Shown here: positions 12,734-26,117 of the stretch, in pieces
How positions within the stretch are numbered: position 1 is the stretch's first letter
Layout of the letters: each line of letters opens with the position of its first letter
Origin: Podarcis gaigeae
Taxonomy: Eukaryota
Strand: one strand, 5' to 3'
Assembly (NCBI GenBank): GCA_964106915.2
Contig: OZ066921.1
DNA length: 64,000 bases
Notes under the pieces: generated by a model
Database searches by the model: none
What the model was told of the DNA's origin: nothing
What the model saw: the letters and a program-made list of their open reading frames with translations, nothing else
Program-made: the position numbers and the translations under genes

Positions 12734-12980
12734 GCAAACGAAGGCCTGGGGGGGGGGAACGATCCGGCCCAATCGCCTTCTAAATCTGGCCCGCACGTTC
12801 TGGGAATCAGCATGTTTTTACATGAGTAGAATGTGTGCTTTTATTTAAAATGCATCTCTGGGTAATTTGTGGGGCATAGGAATTTGTTCTTTTTTCTTCT
12901 TCAAAATATAGTCTAGCCCCCCCCACAAGGTCTGAGGGACTGTGGACCAGCCCCCTGCTGAAAAAGTTTGCTGAACCCTG
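12734..12980. mobile_element. hAT-type MITE (same family as 2287-2459; left end eroded)
   Basis: Shared body gatccggcccaatcgccttc...gggaatcagcatgtttttacatgagtagaat; 8-bp TSD CCCAAGAG at 12726-12733 and 12981-12988. Confidence 0.8.
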
Positions 12981-15157
12981 CCCAAGAGGGTTCTTTTGCC
13001 CGTCTCTTGCTTGCATGCAGGGAAGACAAACCATGATTCCTGGGCATTGCATTACATCCAAACCAGAGAATGTGGTTTGTTTTGCTCCATCAGACAGTGA
13101 TCAGTAAGCCAAGAACACAACCTTGGCTACAAATAGACTCTCCTTCATTGGAGATTTTTAAACAGAGGTTGGATTCAGGGATTCTTTAACTGCGATTCCT
13201 GCATTGCAGCTTTGGGTTTACTTTCAGCACTATGATTCTATGAAACAATGGGTTGTTAGACATGAAACACATCACAATCAGGCACACCACCAAGAAAGAT
13301 GCTTGTTTCCTCCTAGCAGCAGCCAGGAAAAATAAATCAGACTAAAAGCCACCTTCATAGTAAACCATGAACTACGGCTTACTGTGATGTGTGAACTGAG
13401 CCATAGCATTAGAATTAAAGATGCCCCTGAGCGCATTCTGAGCCTAGGGATTTGCTTTCAGTACCAAAACTGAACAGAGCTTGCAGTCTTTTCACCCACA
13501 GAGACCACTCCTGCTTGGCCTTCTTTGGTTCAACTTAAGAAAAGGTCAGTGTTGTTGTTGCTATTTTTAAACAACTGGAAGCAAGCAATCTTTTCTGAGC
13601 TACTGTAAATTGGAGATCTCCCAGTCCATCTTCTGCTCAAACTTGTTGTAACCAAACCAATCAAAATAGCAACATAACATGTTACAGCGCCCCAGTACGA
13701 ACCAGATTTAGTGTTAAACGTGGAAGCGTACAGAGCGTGGTCTGGCCAACAGAGGAGACATTGCAGAGATGCCCCCGCTTGTCTATAAATTATATCACTT
13801 TATTTAGCCCTTTGCCTATGCACACATGGACCCAGTTTGCACATAATGCGAAGCCAAAATATATCTTAAGTGAGAACAAGTGTGTGGATAATCAGAAAGA
13901 AATATCATTACCACTTCGTTCCTCCCCTAGTCCTGATGCTGCCACACTACCCAAAGCTAAACCATGGTTTGGCTTAGCATTGCATAAGCCAGTTGTGCTG
14001 CTTATCTCACTTCCAACAAACCATGAGCTGCACCAGCATGCAGAAACAGAATGTTTAGTGTTTACTGGATATAATGAGTTTATGTATTTGGCATTCTCTT
14101 CATAGAGAACACTCAAGAAGACCCACAAAACAAAGACACACAAATGAGTACAGATCTAAAACCAGTGTATCAGCAGGTGTATTTTTTTGTGGGGGGTGGA
14201 ATATCAGCAACAGAAAGGGAAGGGTCTTAGCTTAAGGAGAGAGCACATTCTTTGTGTGCTAATGTCCCAGGTTGAATCTCCAGGCAGGGCTGGGAAAGCC
14301 AAACACACCCCAGTCTCTGAAAACCCTGGAAAACCAATGCCAGTCCATGCAGATAGCAGCAAGGTGGTTAAAAGCTTCCACTTTGTAAACTGTTTTCAAC
14401 ATTACGCAAAAGCAGTGTTTGAAATTAGCCAAGCATTTTGCACCTGATGCCTGGACACCAGGATGGCCCCTGACACCTCTACCATTTGAAGGTGCACGCC
14501 TGGGGATTATTGGATCTGGACTGCTCTTGCACACTAGTAAGAATCCTGTAGAAATCTATCGATTATATTTTATGTGCACAATCAGAATGAATTTCAGGAA
14601 ACAAAGCACACTTTCTGTGCAGCAGGAGCAGTGAACAATGATAGTTAACTGTTGTAGCTTGTGTTCACCCATCCCATTGCTCTGCTCACAGTTGTGAAAC
14701 ATATCCCTACGCTATGAATGGTCTGTGTCACCACTAAGAAAATGAGGTAGGAAGAGGCCAATATATATGTGGGCTGACCCTGGATAAAATGATTTTTCAT
14801 CTTTTAAGTTCTCAAAGCTCTTAACCTAGCTTAAGGCTGTCATTTGAACTAGCCAGATGTTTAACTGAGAATCAGTCAGTCCATCATTTGAAAAATAAGA
14901 CTTTAGAGCCATCTTGCCCGAAAATGGCAACTAGATACCGTATTTTTGAGTGTATAAGATGCCCCCTATGTTGGGAGACTCAACCAATCACATGTCACCC
15001 TCAGCACTACCTGTGTATATGACGAGCCCAAATTTTCAACATGCTTTTTTAATAAAAAAAAACCCCACCCTAGTCTTAGACACGGAAAAATGTGGTATTC
15101 TGCTGCGGCAACTGTAACCTTGGTTAAAGAAGCCATTTGGTGCCTAGCTTATATATA

Positions 15158-15383
15158 CAGTGGTACCTCGGATTACATACGCTTCAGGTTACAGACTCCG
15201 CTAACCCAGAAATAATGCTTCAGGTTAAGAACTTTGCTTCAGGATAAGAACAGAAATTGGGCTCCGGCGGCACGGCAGCAGCAGGAGGCCCCATTAGCTA
15301 AAGTGGTGCTTCAGGTTAAGAACAGTTTCAGCTTAAGAACGGACCTCCGGAATGAATTAAGTACTTAACCCAAGGTACCACTG
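15158..15383. mobile_element. Tigger/pogo-like Tc1/mariner MITE
   Basis: TIRs CAGTGGTACCTCGG / CCAAGGTACCACTG, TA TSD; six copies in the window. Confidence 0.88.
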
Positions 15384-16399
15384 TATGAGTTTCTAACACT
15401 GCACAAAAGTACTTATTTTCTGATCAAGATACCATAAAATGAACTGACTCAAACAGCTTGAGAATTGTTACATTACATGTGGCAGTGACAACCTTCCTTC
15501 TTCCTTATTTTCTCCATATAATATAATTTCCTGCCTTTGTCTTTTAATATAAATCAAATTAAATTTGTTGCCAGTGCCCCGTTTTTCTTTCAGCAACAGT
15601 TATTGAAATATATTGTAATACTTTCTTTCTACCATTGGTAAAAGCTTCCCTTAGGAAAAATTCAATGAGGCTTGCAGCACCTTAAATAAATAACAAGTTT
15701 ATTGTGGCATAAACTTGCACTGACTTTATTAGATGCATGAAGTATTAAGTTGGAAAGTATAAATAAATCGGAGTATAACTGAGGTTTGTGTGGTTAGATT
15801 GTAAACAGTGAGGATAGAGGGAAATGAAATATATATGAGGCTGGGTAAGAATCAGGTACTGTTTAGGCACCTACACTAGGGAAGTTTTTAATGTTTGATT
15901 TCTTACTGTGTTTTAATTTATTGGAAGCCACCCAGAGTGTCTGGAGTAATGCAGTCTGATGGATGACGTATGATATAATATATATTATAATATAATATTA
16001 TATATTTCTGAAGATGTTTTTGTTTAAGAAGTCTTTCCCTTCTTCAACAGTTATTTATGGTTAATATTAATTGCACATCTGTTGAATTTTTTTAAAGAAT
16101 TTGTAGGAACTGTTTTATTGCTTTTAGAGCCCATAAGAATAGGTTTAGTTGTTCCTTGAATTTGTATCTTGTTCTTGTTTTCTGGTACATCTTTTGATAG
16201 CTTCAGGCTGTGAAGCAGTTTATAAGTTTGTGAAATTAAAAAGAAAAACAAACAAAACAATGGCAGGGGGTGGTACAAAGCAGTGCTGATGATAACACAA
16301 GCAACCTAGAACTGGTATGCCAATTAACCTAATATTTGGAGGAAAGGCAGTGACTGAAATCCGCCAGGTCCAAGGTACGTTTTACTACTGGTGCGGGTC

Positions 16400-16680
16400 A
16401 AATTGCGACCATGTGGAGACCTCAGGATGGCATCTCCATCTGGCCAGTCCCTCCAACTTTCTAAAGCAGATAAGCAGAAGAGCTTGTTTCTTGCTTTTCT
16501 CCGTTTTCTCCAAGCAGTACATGGTTCCCCCACCCCCGCTTCCTCAGCTGATCCCTACAACAACCCTGAAATAGGTTAAGAGGCTGTGACTGGCCCAAGG
16601 TCACCCAGGGAGCTTCATGACTGAGTTGGAATTGGAACCCTGATCTCCAACACTCTAACCATTATGCCACACTGACTTCC
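16400..16680 (-). mobile_element. Squam3-like SINE
   Basis: caacaaccctg...gactggcccaaggtcacccag...cactctaaccattatgccacactg; boundaries approximate. Confidence 0.65.
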
Positions 16681-16711
16681 TACAGTAGTACTGCTCTGGG
16701 GCAGCTATATA

Positions 16712-16970
16712 CCGTATTTTCCGCTCTATAAGATGCACCAGACCACAAGACGCACCTAGTTTTTGGAGAAGGAAAACAAGAAAAAAAATATTCTGAATCT
16801 CAGAAGCCAGAACAGCAAGAGGGATCGCTGCACAGTGAAAGCAGCAATCCCTCTTGCTGTTCTGGCTTCTGGGATAGCTGTGTAGCCTGCATTCGCTCCA
16901 TAAGACACACACACATTTCCCCTTACTTTTTAGGAGGGAAAAAGTGAGTCTTATAGAGCAAAAAATACAG
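16712..16970. mobile_element. Tc2/Kanga-like MITE
   Basis: Same TIRs and TA TSD as 7944-8202. Confidence 0.88.
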
Positions 16971-17297
16971 TAAGTTAAGTAGGTAAATAAATATGGGGAG
17001 AGCAAAATGTCACTTAGAGAAGGATTTGCATTTTTATCCACCCATTGTGCAAGGAGCCAAGAGCTCTCGGCCTCCTTTATAACATAGAACACAACTATTT
17101 TATAATATGATCATGGTACATTCAGAAAGTATGAAACAATGCAGCTACATAAAACCATGAACCATTCCCATAATATACATATAAACGAGCCTCTTAAATG
17201 CACCTTAAGTATGTATACAAACTGAATTAGAGGTGTGAGCTTTCTTCTGCTGGGGAATCTCATTTAGGTCTCTTTTGACCTAACTCTTCTATACTGA

Positions 17298-18184
17298 GAG
17301 ACGTGGGTGGCGCTGTGGATTAAACCACAAAGCCTAGGACTTGCTGATCGCGGTTTGAACCCCTGCAATGAGCTGAGCTCCCATTGCTCGGTCCCTGCTC
17401 CTGCCAACCTAGCAGTTCAAAAGTATGTCAAAGTGCAAGTAGATAAATACTGTATTTTTCGCTCTATAGGACGCACTTTTTCCACTCCAAAAATTGTGGG
17501 GAAATGTGTGTGCGTCCTATGGAGCGAGTGCAGGTTCCTTGGCTTCAGAGATAGCAACACTAAGCCTCCGAAGCGCAGATGGAGCACTCCCTCTGTGCTC
17601 CAAAGGCTTTGTGTTGCTTTCGCTGAAGCCTGGAGAGCGAGAGGCGTCGGTGCGCACCGAGCCCTCTTACTCTCCAGGCTTCAGGGATAGCCACGCGCAG
17701 CCCCTCTGGCTTGTGCCATAGCCACGCGCAACCCCTCCGCCAGGGAGAGGCTGCACGGGGCTAAAGAGGAAGCCAAAACAGCCAGTGGGATCCATCCCGC
17801 TGGCTGCCTTGGCTTGTGACATAGCTGCGCGCAACCCCTCCGGCAGGGAGAGGTTGCATGCAGCCTGTACTCTGCTCTTTGGGGCTGGGGGGAAATAAGA
17901 TTTTTTTTCTTGATTCCCCCCCCCTAAAAACTAGGTGCGCCCTATGGTCCGGTGTGCCCTATGGAGCGAAAAATACGGTAGGTACTGCTCCAGCGGGAAG
18001 GTAAACGGCGTTTCCGTGTGCTGCTTTGGTTCGCCAGAAGCGGCTTAGTCATGCTGGCCACATGACCCGGAAGCTGTCTGTGGACAAACGCCGGCTCCCA
18101 CGGCCAATAAAGCGAGATGAGCGCTGCAACCCCAGAGTCGGTCACGACTGGACCTAATGGTCAGGGGTCCCTTTACCTATTTAG
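17298..18184 (+). mobile_element. Sauria SINE split by a nested Tc2/Kanga-like element
   Basis: SINE 5' part ends ...gtagataaaTA (17449) and resumes at 17981 GGTACTGCTCCAGCGGGAAGG through the ccctttacc tail. Confidence 0.9.
17450..17978. mobile_element. Longer Tc2/Kanga-like non-autonomous element nested in a Sauria SINE
   Basis: TIRs CTGTATTTTTCGCTCTATAGGAC / GCCCTATGGAGCGAAAAATACGG, TA TSD, GC-rich internal palindromic subrepeats. Confidence 0.85.
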
Positions 18185-19360
18185 GCAAGTTATTTCAGAC
18201 CAAATGTGACTTAGGTAATATTTTATCAGTGAATCAAACAATGACTGCATGCTGGTTCAATCCCAATGCCCTTGCAAAACCACTGTCAATCAAAACTGCT
18301 GAGGCAGGTAATTCAACTAAAAAACCATGAATGTGCATGCTTGCCCCAACTCTCAGAAAGCAAGCTGCTGGAATTAAGTGGCAGAAGAGCAGAAACTTTG
18401 AAAACGATATGCTAATGGACACAACTTTCATATAAAGTGCTATTGTGGCTATTACTGCAAAGTGTTCTCAAATCATTCAGATGTGAGAAAATGGATGCAT
18501 GGAATCACTTGTGCTCATAGCAGGGACTCAGTTAAGGTGAGGACAGCAAGAAAGAATGCAGTCACACTCCAAAGACCAGCCTTCCCCAATCAGGCACCCT
18601 CTATATGTTTTGGACTATAATTCCCATCAGTCCTGGCCAGCATAGCAAATAGTCAGGCATGATGGGAACAACCTGGGATTAAGATGATAGAAGTTTGCCC
18701 TCTGGTTTAAGGGAGTAGCCTTGCTCAAACTAAACAGGTTCTGGAGTCCAACATCTGAAGGCTCACCGACTCACCACCCACCCATGTTATTGGACTACAA
18801 CTCCCATCATCCCTGACCATTGGCCATGCAGACTGGGGCCAGTGCGAGTTGGCTCTGCCTGTCTTGCATGAAAAACTCTAAGTAGGACTCAGCACAAAAG
18901 TTCTATGGGGCAAAATCCTTATAGCTATATGATAGCAAATTGGTTAGAACAATGGATAGAAAACTGGCTTTCTACAGAGGGGGCTCAGGCAATACACTTT
19001 TTAAACCCCACCCCCAGGATACTGTCTGAAAACAGAAGTGGTCTTGAAAACATAGAAATTGGCCACACTCATCAATTTAAGTTTGCTGATTAGGATTAAT
19101 CTTTTCCCCAGATAACGCAAAGTATTATACGTCATAAGGCAGTGCTTGTTTTTTCTAGCTGTTGATGATGCTCCTGATTTCTCTGTGGAACAAGCTACTC
19201 GCCCATCTATAAGGGCTCTTTCTTTACATTTGGTTCCAAAGTGCATAACCCCTCATTTCCAGGGAGATGTTTGACTCACTATTGCTGCCACATCAGTCTC
19301 AGTGATTGAAAGACAAAGCAAAGCAAGAGAATAATTAATTGGTGGCCATAGTGATAAATT

Positions 19361-19790
19361 CCAGAAGAGTAGCCGTACTGGTCTATTCTACTGCAACAAA
19401 GAGTCTTGTGGCACCTTATAGACTTAACAGATTTATTGTTGCAGAATCATTTGTGGACTGAAGCCAGTTGCTGGAGCCCCCCCCGGAGGGGAGAGGGCTC
19501 TTGTGCTTGAATCCTGCTTGCGGATTTCCCATAGGCACCTGGTTGGCCACTGTGAGAACAGGATGCTGGACTAGATGAGTCACTGGCCTCATCCAGCAGG
19601 ACTCTTCTTTTGTCCTTAGCTCCAGCCAGCACCATGCTGGCCAAAGGTGATAGGAGTTGCAGTCCAAAGCATCAAAAGAGAACCAAACTGGTGAAGGTTG
19701 ACATAAATACATGCATCTGATGAAGTGAGCTCTGGTCCACAACATATTATGCTATAGTAATAAATATTGTTTGTCTTTGCTGGTGCCAAT
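19361..19790. mobile_element. Degenerate palindromic Penelope-like relic interrupted by younger inserts
   Basis: agagtagccgtactggtc...ggcaccttatagac arm and catctgatgaagtg...ggtgcca arm, same architecture as 29894-30105. Confidence 0.55.
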
Positions 19791-21149
19791 GGGGTGCCAT
19801 TCAGATGCTAGGGACTACAACTTCCATCATCCATGGCTATTGGCTATGCTGACTGGGGCTTCTTATTGTACTGGCCCAACAACACCAGGAGGGCACCAAT
19901 TTGGCTAAGGCACCATTGGCATATTCCCCAAACAAGGATCACCTTAATAGTAACAGAATCACAATGGTTAAAACCAATAGATAATGCCTTCTTAACTATG
20001 CACAGCATAGGGTTTGAACAGGACACCTTTTTAGTGGGTGGGGAGGTTGCTGGCAGAGGCTATTCCTTGACAGTTGTGGAACTCCCTTCCATTAAAGGTC
20101 CATCAAACTTAAATAAGTTCCAGAAGAGCTTAAGGCTTTCCTCTTTGGTGCTTCCATTCAGTGGGACATGGTTAAGCAGGTGTGGAATATCTGTAATTTA
20201 ACGGGGTGGCAATCACTGGAGCTCTGTTGATGCTTGAAGGATCAATGGATTTGGCCCATTAGTTTAATGGAGGCACCAAACCAGAGTCTGGCTTTTCCCA
20301 ATGTAAAATTATCTGCATCCTATTTTCAAGCCAAAAAGCCTATCCCTACATGTGCCATTCTTTCCAGTTTTCATGGCCCCCAAAGGGATGCTCCATTTCT
20401 GAACACCTAGGAGCACAGGCTCCAAATATTATCTACCCAGATCACAACTTGCCAGAGGGAAGGTAACCCAGTTGGCCTGCCAGGTTGCCAAAATTTTGAT
20501 TGCTTTGTTATCAGTTGAGGAGGAGGAGGGAGGGGTGAGATGGTTGGAGAGGAGAGAGAGGGAGAGGGAGACTAACCCCCTGCCAGGAAGGGCTATTCAG
20601 GGCTGGTTCCTGTAATAAAGTGATTTAATAGATCTGAAGAGGCCAGTTCCCTTCTTTCTCCCACAGTTACTTCCTGTGGGTTATCATTCACATGTGTAAA
20701 TGACCAGGAGAGGGTTATCAATGGGCTCTGCTGCACTTAAAGCAGACCTTGTCTGGTTTGAGGACATTGTCCATGGACAAAGAACACACGCTTTTTCTGT
20801 GATGCTCTCCCAGTTTTGTCTACTCATTTCTGGTTGACCAATGACTTGATGAGAAATGGTCAACCCACTTGGAAAATTATCAAATCGTAATGATGACGAT
20901 GATGATATCAAAAGCTGCAGTAGTTGTTGTATTTATCATTTTATTTAACAAAATTTATATATCACTTGATTGAAAAAAGCAATGGTTTGGGGTGGGGGGA
21001 GAAAAATAAAACATTTAAGATTATTAATCCAAAGCAAGGAAAAACATTTCAAAATCAACAATAAGCTAACATGATATTAAAATACACACCAACTTGTCTG
21101 GAAATGCTTGCCTAAGGAAGCTTTAAGCAGACACTAACAGCATGTATGC

Positions 21150-21288
21150 CAGGCATAGGTGAACTCCAGCCCTTCAGATGTTTTGAGACTACAGTTCTCA
21201 TCATCCCTGACCACTGGTCCTGTTGGCTGGGGATGATGGGAACTGTAGTTCCAAAAACATCTGGAGGGTCGGAGTTTGCCAATGCCTG
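21150..21288. mobile_element. Short palindromic hAT-type MITE (ggactacaactccc family; degenerate copies ~1200, 7000, 11500, 18600, 19800, 53950)
   Basis: TIRs CAGGCATAGG / CCAATGCCTG, 7/8 TSD at(g/a)tatgc, internal actacagttc...gaactgtagt palindrome. Confidence 0.75.
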
Positions 21289-21550
21289 ATATATGCAGTG
21301 AAGATGCCTGCAGGATATAAGTGGAGGTCCTAGCACACTAAAAGTTTAGCATTTACACAGCAATTTAGAGTGATCAAAAGTCACCACGTACATTATATCT
21401 AGAAGTTCTTGCAATAGTCCTGTAAGATAATAACCTGTTTGCTCCTTTTTGCAAGGGAGGGCAGCTGAGCCTCATGACTAATGAGCAAATTTGAAACTGA
21501 GATTTCTCAGCTCACACTCTTGGCCTCTTTTTCTTCTGCCCATGGACCAC

Positions 21551-21593
<43 letters not shown>
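21551..21593. repeat. (ATT)n microsatellite
   Basis: Directly visible. Confidence 0.95.
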
Positions 21594-22642
21594 CATCATG
21601 CCTGTTTTAGCAGTTGTAATGCTGCATGGTTTTTAACTGCATTTTGATTGCTTCTTTTTATTTCCTGCATTTTATTACATTACAGTTTGAATTACATGAA
21701 ATACAATAAAATGCAGCATGTAAGAAATAAGAGAGGCAATCAGAATACAATTTTAAAAATCAATATATTTAATGTGATGAGGGTGGTATCTCCCATCTTC
21801 AACCACAAATGCATAGGCATAGGCAAATGCATAGTTTGGAACACCTGGATGAAGCTCAGGGGCTACAGCTGGAGACAACCCTTGTGTGCAAGGATGTTCT
21901 CATGTAATTCTACAGAAAGAGGCAAGGATAACTTCCTTGGAGGAGTGTACAACACTTTTCCCCCAATCTACAAATATGGACAGGTATTTCACAGAAGAGA
22001 GAATGAAAAGGTAGAATGGGCTGTACCAGTTCAGACTGCAGGAAGTGGGAAATCACATTTAAAAACCAAATAGGAAAAAAAAACTAAACACAGCAGGGCA
22101 AACAAAGAATTTCAGACTTTCCCCCTGATGTTCTAACTTCTTACTTGAAGGGAGACCATTCCCTACCTGCAGAGCATCCACATTACACACAGAAGGTCCT
22201 ATAGTCAATTCCCAGCATCTCTGGGAATGCCTCCAGCCTGGCTCTGGAGAGCTGCAGCCGCTCAGTGCAGCCAGAACTGAGGTAGATGGACCAATGGCCT
22301 GGACTCCATGGAAGGCAGCTCCCTACTTAATATCAATGGCTTTGCTGCCATCATCCTGTAACCCTTCAAGCTGTCCAACCTTAGAACAACTATGGCATGA
22401 GAAGCGAAGCATGGCTCCCCATTCACTCTTCAGCACTCTCACACCAAGTGAACCACTTAACACATAATCAAAGCAGGAACCTATAAACCTCAGGGGCAGA
22501 TCTGAGCTTAGGAAACTATTCAGATTCCATGGCCCAAGACAGGAGGCATGAGGGAAGTCACTTTTTCTCAGGGTGCCTTGCGTGTGTATGTGTGCTAATT
22601 AATCTTCAACCTGAATGAATGGTTATCAGGCAAGCTATGGTT

Positions 22643-22680
22643 ATGAATGAATGAATGAATGAATGAATGAATGAATGAAT
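22643..22680. repeat. (ATGA)n microsatellite
   Basis: Directly visible. Confidence 0.95.
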
Positions 22681-24249
22681 TGTGATCAGGCAAGCTAAAG
22701 ATGTCTCTCCTCAATTCTTAATGGGGCCTTGCTGATTTGTTAGTTTAGATAAAAATAATCCCATCCTTACTGGCAATTTCGGGCACTTCTTCCTGCATCC
22801 CCAATTTAGCATTAAAGGTGCCAAGATGAGAGTGCTTGGAAATGTCTAGAAAGGGCAGCCCTGGGCATTAGGACCAGCTAACCACCAGCCACTCTCTCAT
22901 GTCACTGTGGCTTTGTGAATGATCAGGGTGTCCAAATAGGGACCCCTCACAGCTTCCAAAGGTCTTCTTGCAAGCAGGAAAGAATCTTGTGGCCCCCCTT
23001 AAATGCAAACTGACTTAACTGAGAGTCACCACATATTAAATACTGTGATTAGAGCCAGAATGGGCATATTTTCCCTGTCAAGGGCTGCACCCCCCCCCAA
23101 AGGAATCTGTCAGACGGGAGGGAAGGAGTGCCAGCCTCACATGGGTGAGAGAATATGGGGTAGTAATCTCCTTCAGAGAGATAATATAGGGAGGTGATGA
23201 TCTGAGGGAGAGAGAAATGTGGCGCGGTGCTGAGGGGCAGAGAGAGAAAGAGAGAGAATATGGGGTGCTGGTGGTCTTAAAGAGACAGAGAAAAATATAG
23301 GGTGGTGGTGATGTTACCTTTCCCACTTCTTTCCCACTTCTGCATAAAATCAGGCCTGAGACTGCAAGTTGCCTTCCCCTGGAAGTGTGTTGGACCAAGC
23401 CTGAGGAGATGAAACCTACTGGATAAGGTTGGTCTGGTCACTATCTCTTAGCCTAACCTACCTCACAAAGTTATAGTGTGAATAAGGGGTGGGGGAAGCA
23501 CTGTGCATTGCCCTGAGCTCCTTAAGCCTGGGGGGAATCTACATTTGATAAAACTTGTGAGAATAAATTTATCATAGAAAGCTACTTTATAGCAGCCCAT
23601 TAATCAAGTATTGTCTACTTTGACTGGAAGTGGGTCTCCAGAGCCTCTGGCAAAAGGGTTGGTGGTACCCAATATTTTTAGCTGTAAATGGCAGGGACCA
23701 TTTGCTAGCAAACCATGTGTTTTACCACTGAGTGATGCTCCCCCCCCCCGCCACAACTTTGAGAGACTTCTCTTGTGATACATTCCAGGGCGGAGAACCT
23801 TCTTGGTCCAGTGGGCCCATTCTTTGTTTCCCCCACCTTGACAGGCCAACTTTGACAGATGGGCAAGATCCAACCACCTCTTTGGGGGAGGGGATTACTG
23901 CCCAAGCAAGACTGAACTCCCCACACATCCTGTTTTCTGCTAGCCTCAGGTGTGGGTGTGGTTTCAGGGGAAGCCTGGGAGGCCGGGTATGGCTTGCAGT
24001 CATGCAGCTCCCCAACCCAGAATTAAATTAACAGAGAAGATGGTGTCTGTACATTCCAGTGAAAATCTCAACATTTTGTGTACAGTATTATACTTTTTTC
24101 TTCCCTCATGAAATTCAAGGGGGCTCATTAGGGCACAAAAGTAGAGGCCCATCCGGGCACTAACCAGCCTCTGCCAGGGGTGGTACATCATATGCCCTTC
24201 AGATCCTGCCTTAAGGACATGTGAATGCAATTGCTGATAATCTCAGATA

Positions 24250-24459
24250 CAGTGGTACCTCGGGTTACAGACGCTTCAGGTTACAGACTCTGCTAACCCG
24301 GAAGTAGTACCTCGGGTTGAGAACTTCCTTCAGGATAAGAACAGAAATTGCGCGGCAGCAGGAGGCCCTATTAGCTAAAGTGGTCTTCAGGTTAAGAACA
24401 GTTTCAGGTTAAGAACGGACCTCCAGAATGAATTAAGTACTTAACCCAAGGTACCACTG
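24250..24459. mobile_element. Tigger/pogo-like MITE
   Basis: CAGTGGTACCTCGG...CCAAGGTACCACTG, TA TSD. Confidence 0.88.
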
Positions 24460-25757
24460 TACATTATACAGGTGGCCCAAAGAGATCCATTTTCCCTCCT
24501 GCTTTTCCAGCATTAAGAACTGAATGCTGACAATCCCTATGACTGTCAGTGTTCAGTCCAGTTGTAGCCACAGAAGTTTGCTCTGGAATGCAGACATTTG
24601 CTGGCATTTGAATGCTGACATTTGCCAATGTTTTGGGCATTCATTGTAACATGACAGTCCAGCAGAGGAAGGGAAAGGTGCAGCCAAAAGGTTAGCAAGG
24701 CAGGTGTAGAAGACTAAGATGAAGAGCTCCAGCGAACCCAGATAAGGCCACCTTTCTAGCACCAGAATGGAGGGAGAGAGGAAGGGAGAGGGGAGGAAGA
24801 GAGAGTCTTGATGTGGATACACAAGTCACTATATTCACAAGACAAGTTCAATACAGTATTCAGGAAATTGAACTGTACTGATTTCACCATCAATTGCAAG
24901 GTGAGTTGTGGCCCTCTGTTCAACTCCTTTTACTGATAACAATCTCCTGCCTCTGTGGTTTTCAAGCTGTGGACATTAGCTTGTCAGCTGATGAGCCCCC
25001 AAACTGCAGAGGGTTTGGAGGGGCCTGTTGTAGTTTGCATACTCAGCTCAGAATGGCCTCTCATTTGCCCCATGTAAAGCAAGAGCACACCTTAAAAACA
25101 CAGCCAGCACTGTTCTGCATTTGTACACTGCTGGGGAAGATACATAGGGGTAGATATAGAGGCAACCAGTGATACTCTTGGGGAACACTGATCAGCTCAC
25201 AATGAACCCCAGGTTCCCCCAGAATACAGATTGTCAACCCACTCTAAGGAAGGTCTGTAAAGCACTCTGCACAACTAGAAAGTGCCACATAGTAAGAACA
25301 ACCACAAGCAACACTATTTAGTCCTGCTCTGCATGTTGCACAAAATGGTGGTATAGTCTGCAGAGCTTCAGATAGCAGAAGAAGGGAATGCCTTATTTTA
25401 CTCAGAAAAATAAAAGACATCCTACAAGAATGGGGGAAAGGCAGAGCACCAGGAAGCAGCTTTCTGTCCCATCTCCTCTTTCTTTGCTGCATTAGTGTTC
25501 CACTTGCAGGGAGTTTGTAGGGAGGAGTTCCACAGAGAAACATTCAAAACTGTGACCCTCCACCTGCGGCCTGAACCAGCACAGACCGGTTTATCACATT
25601 TGGAGATGTGCTACTTGTCTCTAACGCATGTGTAAACAACCACATACTGGATCAAGATCTAGTTTTGCACTGTTTCCAACAGCAGTTGGAAGCTTGCAAG
25701 TGTGGCGTGAATGTGATGTGATGGCCTCCCCTGTTGTGTCTCATGGTGGCCCTAGAC

Positions 25758-26027
25758 CAGCGATAGGCAACCTAAGGCCCATGGGCCACAAATGGCCCAC
25801 GGGGGTCATTTAACAGGCCCATGAGCCACCCCTGAGGCAAGCCCCCACACGCTGTGCTAGATCGGTGAGGCGGGGGGGGGGGCTCGTTTCTGCAATGCCA
25901 AAAATCGCGTCTGCACAGACACCGGAAATCGCGGGCAAGCATGCTCATACGTACGCACAATCCAGCCCACGGAGGGATCTCTGCTGGAGTGAACCAGCCC
26001 AGGTGAGGTAAACCATGCTGACCCCTG
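25758..26027. mobile_element. hAT-type MITE
   Basis: CAG...CTG termini with perfect 8-bp TSD CCCTAGAC (25750-25757, 26028-26035). Confidence 0.85.
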
Positions 26028-26117
26028 CCCTAGACAGACCTGGCACCAACATCTGGCATCCTCTGGCAGCTGCTGGTGCCCAGCACCTCAACTGGGTCCA
26101 TCAGAGCAGATACAGTA

